From Cenococcum geophilum (lineage: Eukaryota), in assembly GCA_050273025.1 (NCBI GenBank), contig CP158636.1, positions 3,844,001 through 3,908,000 of the forward strand: DNA of 64,000 nt, given 5' to 3'. The notes below the pieces were generated by a model that was not told the DNA's origin, made no database searches, and worked only from the letters and a program-made list of their open reading frames with translations. Position 1 is the stretch's first letter, and each line of letters begins with the position of its first letter. This document shows, in pieces, positions 60,844 to 64,000 of the stretch. A program made the position numbers and the translations under genes.

Positions 60844-62321
60844 TATTAGGAAAAAATTTAGCTACATTTAGCTAGTATTTTTAGCATTTTATAGCTGTTT
60901 GTATCACTCTACGTAATATAAAGCGTTTTCTGGGTGGTAAGTCTTCCACGGGGCACGTAGTACTATAGACGTATAGTACTAGTATGCTCTATATAGATGT
61001 GACTGACTTATATTAAGTAGGCCACGTAGGCCTCTATATACTCTATAGAAAGGTCTAAGCAACAGAAGTAAAATAGGTCACATGACTAGGTCATGTGACC
61101 TATTTATATTTAAACACTAGGAGCACTTCGAAGTTTAGCCTATTATAGTCCGTATAGTGTCTATATAAGACCATAACATATAAGTTATAACGCAGACTCA
61201 TTACGGCTTATATGTCGACTCGTTACGGCCTATATATATTAACTATATTAATATCTAACCTCTTGTATCCTTTTTCTCCCTCTCTACTCTCCTCCCTATA
61301 TCTCCTTTAAAACCTATCCATACTGCCTACTTATTTAAGGACTCCGTAACTCTAACTCCAGTACCCTCTTATATATATTCCCTGGTAACGTTAAGGGTAT
61401 AGGAACGTGTAGCCGTAAGGGCCCCGGCACGGGTTCGAAGTCTGTTAAGTAGACAATTATTTAGGGTTTAAAGGTGCCCCGTAACTATTCTGCCGAGAGC
61501 ATTACGGGTCTATAAATAGGTAGAGAGTATAAGGGGTGGCGGTGGCGGGTGTGTAGGGGCTTTAAGGTCTATAAAGCCGTAGGGTATTAAAAGTGTTTTA
61601 AGGCTTACTTATATTACTTATTTAGGGACTACGTTGCTTAAGGGCCCGTAGTCTATTAAGGAAAAGATCGTCTAGCGTACGTAGGTTAATTGATTTGGTG
61701 GACCGAGTTAAGGCTTAAAACTGCTTCACGACCGCTCTCCTTTAGGCGCTAGGAGTGTCTTTTAAAGCGGGTAAAGGAAGGTAGGTAGGTATAAGGGGTT
61801 CAAGGACGTTTCGTGGTTACTCCAATATTTTGTATACGAGCCTCGTTAGCTATTCAATGCTTTGCATATAAAATCTCGTAACCTTTATACACGGAGCTCT
61901 TTGAATAAGCCCCTTATTAGAGTACGCTTTTTGATCTATGGCGCTTATTAATTAATGTTTATATCACTCTACGTAATATAAAGCGTCTCCTGGGTGGTAA
62001 GTCTTCTACAGGGCACGTAGCACTATAGACGTATAGTACTAGTATGCTCTATATAGATGTAACTGACTTATATTAAGTAGGCCACGTAGGCCTCTATATA
62101 CTCTATGGAAAGGTCTAAGCGTCGGAAGCGAAACAGGTTATATAACCAGGTTATATAACCTATTTACATTTAAACAATAGCATTTCGCAGTATTTAAAAT
62201 AGACTATACGTATTAAGCAGCTATATATATATATATATATATTATATAGCTGCCTAGATACTGCTTAATGCGTATAGTCTGTTTTAAATGCTACGAAATG
62301 CTATAAAAAAATTTCCTAATA
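60844..62321. mobile_element. Hairpin MITE-C (~200 bp without the nested TRIM) inserted in pogo-2
   Basis: TATTAGGAAA...TTTCCTAATA ends with TA flanks; internal ~45-bp inverted repeat around (TA)n at 62177-62305; the transposase frame rejoins across it. Confidence 0.75.
60896..62176 (-). mobile_element. TRIM-like non-autonomous LTR element, 1281 bp, with GalEa-type termini
   Basis: 221-bp LTRs 60896-61116 and 61956-62176; TSD ATAGC; minus-strand TTAATTAATAAGCGCC next to the 5' LTR and AAGTGCTCCTAG before the 3' LTR. Confidence 0.9.
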
Positions 62322-62937
62322 TATAACCTCTAAAAGGAAGAAAAGGAAGCTAAGGATTATAAATAAGCTCTTAAAGTTAATAAAAGGCTTTAACGTTAAC
62401 TATAAAAGGAAGAGAAGAGGCGTTTAATTAATTAATAAAAGGTATAATAAGTACAGGATAAAACAACCCAAGAGAGAGAAGTTAAGGCTAAGAAGCTTAT
62501 TATATAGAAAGCTAAAGAAGCTAAATAAGCTAAGAGGCAATTGTAATGTGATATAATCCTTACTTAGAGGTTAAAGAAGGCTTAAACGAATACTATATTG
62601 GCTTTAAAAAGGGTAGATCTAACGGCTATAGATAGTAGAGAAGTTTAGGTAGTCAATTTAGCTAGTAAACGCCCTTAGCGGTAGAAGAAGCTTCTACTTA
62701 GATTTTAAGATCACAATATATAGCTAGCTATATTCGCCGACTCTTAAAGGCTATTACACTAAGAATTTAGTAGATTTAATTAAATGTTAGGTCCTCTGCA
62801 GCCTCATTTAAACAATTGATTTTAGTAGTGAAGACTATACGCGAGGTGGCACCGTACGCAAGATAGCATAGACCCCTAAAGAAGCATAAAATTAGAGTCT
62901 TTACTAACTCAATCTAACTTAATTCCTTAACTTAATT

Positions 62938-64000
62938 ATGGATTCTAAGGTTCCTAAATCCTCGCATACCTTACAATTAGATCCTCTCTCTACTTCAATC
63001 TTATTTAAGGCCCTTCTTAGTAAATCTATCCTTGTTAATAAGGATTTTTTATTATCCTAGGATTTAACCTTATTAACTAAAAGCTTAGACCTATTAAAAG
63101 ATAACCAAATTTAGGTTTAAACGCTACTAGACTAAGGTCTTACCTAGACTAAGGTCGCGACTTAACTTAGTATTACTCAAAACTAGGTTTACTACGTCGC
63201 TACTTATCCTAAACTAGTAGTCCGTTTAGGTCGACTACAAATCCTTATACCTAAATAGATAATTGCCTTCCTCTCCTAATTACGTTAGAATTGTTAAATG
63301 TCCTTTAAATAGCTAGCGGCTTAATTTCCTAAATTTAACGGTAGGAAATAAGCTATTAAGACCGCTTTAAAAGCCTGTGGTTATAAGCGACAAATTGCCT
63401 ATAAGAAGCCTTCTCTCTTATCTAAGAATAAAGCCTTACAATTAGCCTAGGCTAATAAGTATCTTTATTAGACTCCTGCTTAATAAGCTTTAATAATTTA
63501 GTCTAACAAGATATAGGTAACTAGAAAATCCTTCTATTGTCGCTAATTTATATAAAGGGTTAATAAAGTCCTAGATCTAACGTATACTATTAATAGGATA
63601 ACCTATAAGAAAGAATAGATATTCTAAAGATACTTTAATAGTAATTAAAAGGACCTAGATTTATTCTAGGATAAGACCTAAAAGGGGATAATTACTTAAT
63701 TATATATTAAACGGGTCCTTCCTCTTATAAAAGCGTCGATTTAAGAAAATGTCGGAGCCTTTTTTATATAAGATAATACTCCTTATTATACCGCGAAGGC
63801 AATAAAAGAGGCCTTTAAAGCTAAAGGGATCTATCCAATTAATTAGCTACCTTACTCTCTAGATTTAAACCCAATTAAGAACATATAGTAGAAGATAAAG
63901 CAGTAAATTAAGCGAACGTATAAATTAGAGGCAAGATTTATAAAAAAAACTCACTTTAGGTAGTAATCCTTACGTCTTAGAAGGCAATTAAAGAGTCCTT
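62938..64000 (+). mobile_element. Tc1-family DD34E transposase, RIP-inactivated, running off the window
   Basis: WSDE (~63499), MQDNA (~63766) and WPPYSPDLNPIENVW (~63844); 34 residues between the second D and the E after de-RIP. Confidence 0.88.

Larger units (their letters stand above)
59558..62873 (+). mobile_element. Second Fot1/pogo transposase (pogo-2), 5'-truncated and RIP-inactivated
   Basis: YINQLTERGLPPT, NLDEKGF, QDGNREWIT, LLI.DGHSSH, PPHSTHRLQPLD after de-RIP; terminal direct-repeat region ~62830-62873. Confidence 0.85.

Overview
Eukaryotic DNA from a filamentous ascomycete (probably a Dothideomycete; inferred from gene content, GT-AG introns with CTRAC branch sites and heavy RIP). 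A ~25 kb gene island (~18.6-43.2 kb) lies between two AT-rich blocks of RIP-mutated nested transposons. The left block holds a Gypsy gag-pol fragment, a second LTR element, two tandem Crypton tyrosine-recombinase elements, and a hAT-type shell carrying a full-length GalEa-like Copia. The island encodes class II fructose-bisphosphate aldolase (22 exons by my reading), mitochondrial bL9, a Ubp16-like deubiquitinase, a Gfo/Idh/MocA oxidoreductase, a conserved unknown protein, a PTS2-bearing SDR, an M28 glutamate carboxypeptidase-like protein, a beta-lactamase-fold hydrolase, an F-box remnant and an omega-like GST. The right block holds a MULE remnant, MITEs, a Fot1/pogo element containing a non-autonomous LTR element and a LINE (which itself contains a chromodomain Gypsy), a second pogo carrying a MITE and a TRIM, and a Tc1 DD34E element. 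Best leads: the very intron-dense aldolase with microexons and a candidate intronic H/ACA snoRNA, the Crypton pair with a reconstructable ATATT recombination core, and recurrent C-rich-to-G-rich skew islands in genes. All alignments, folds and de-RIP translations were done by eye; no database searches were run.
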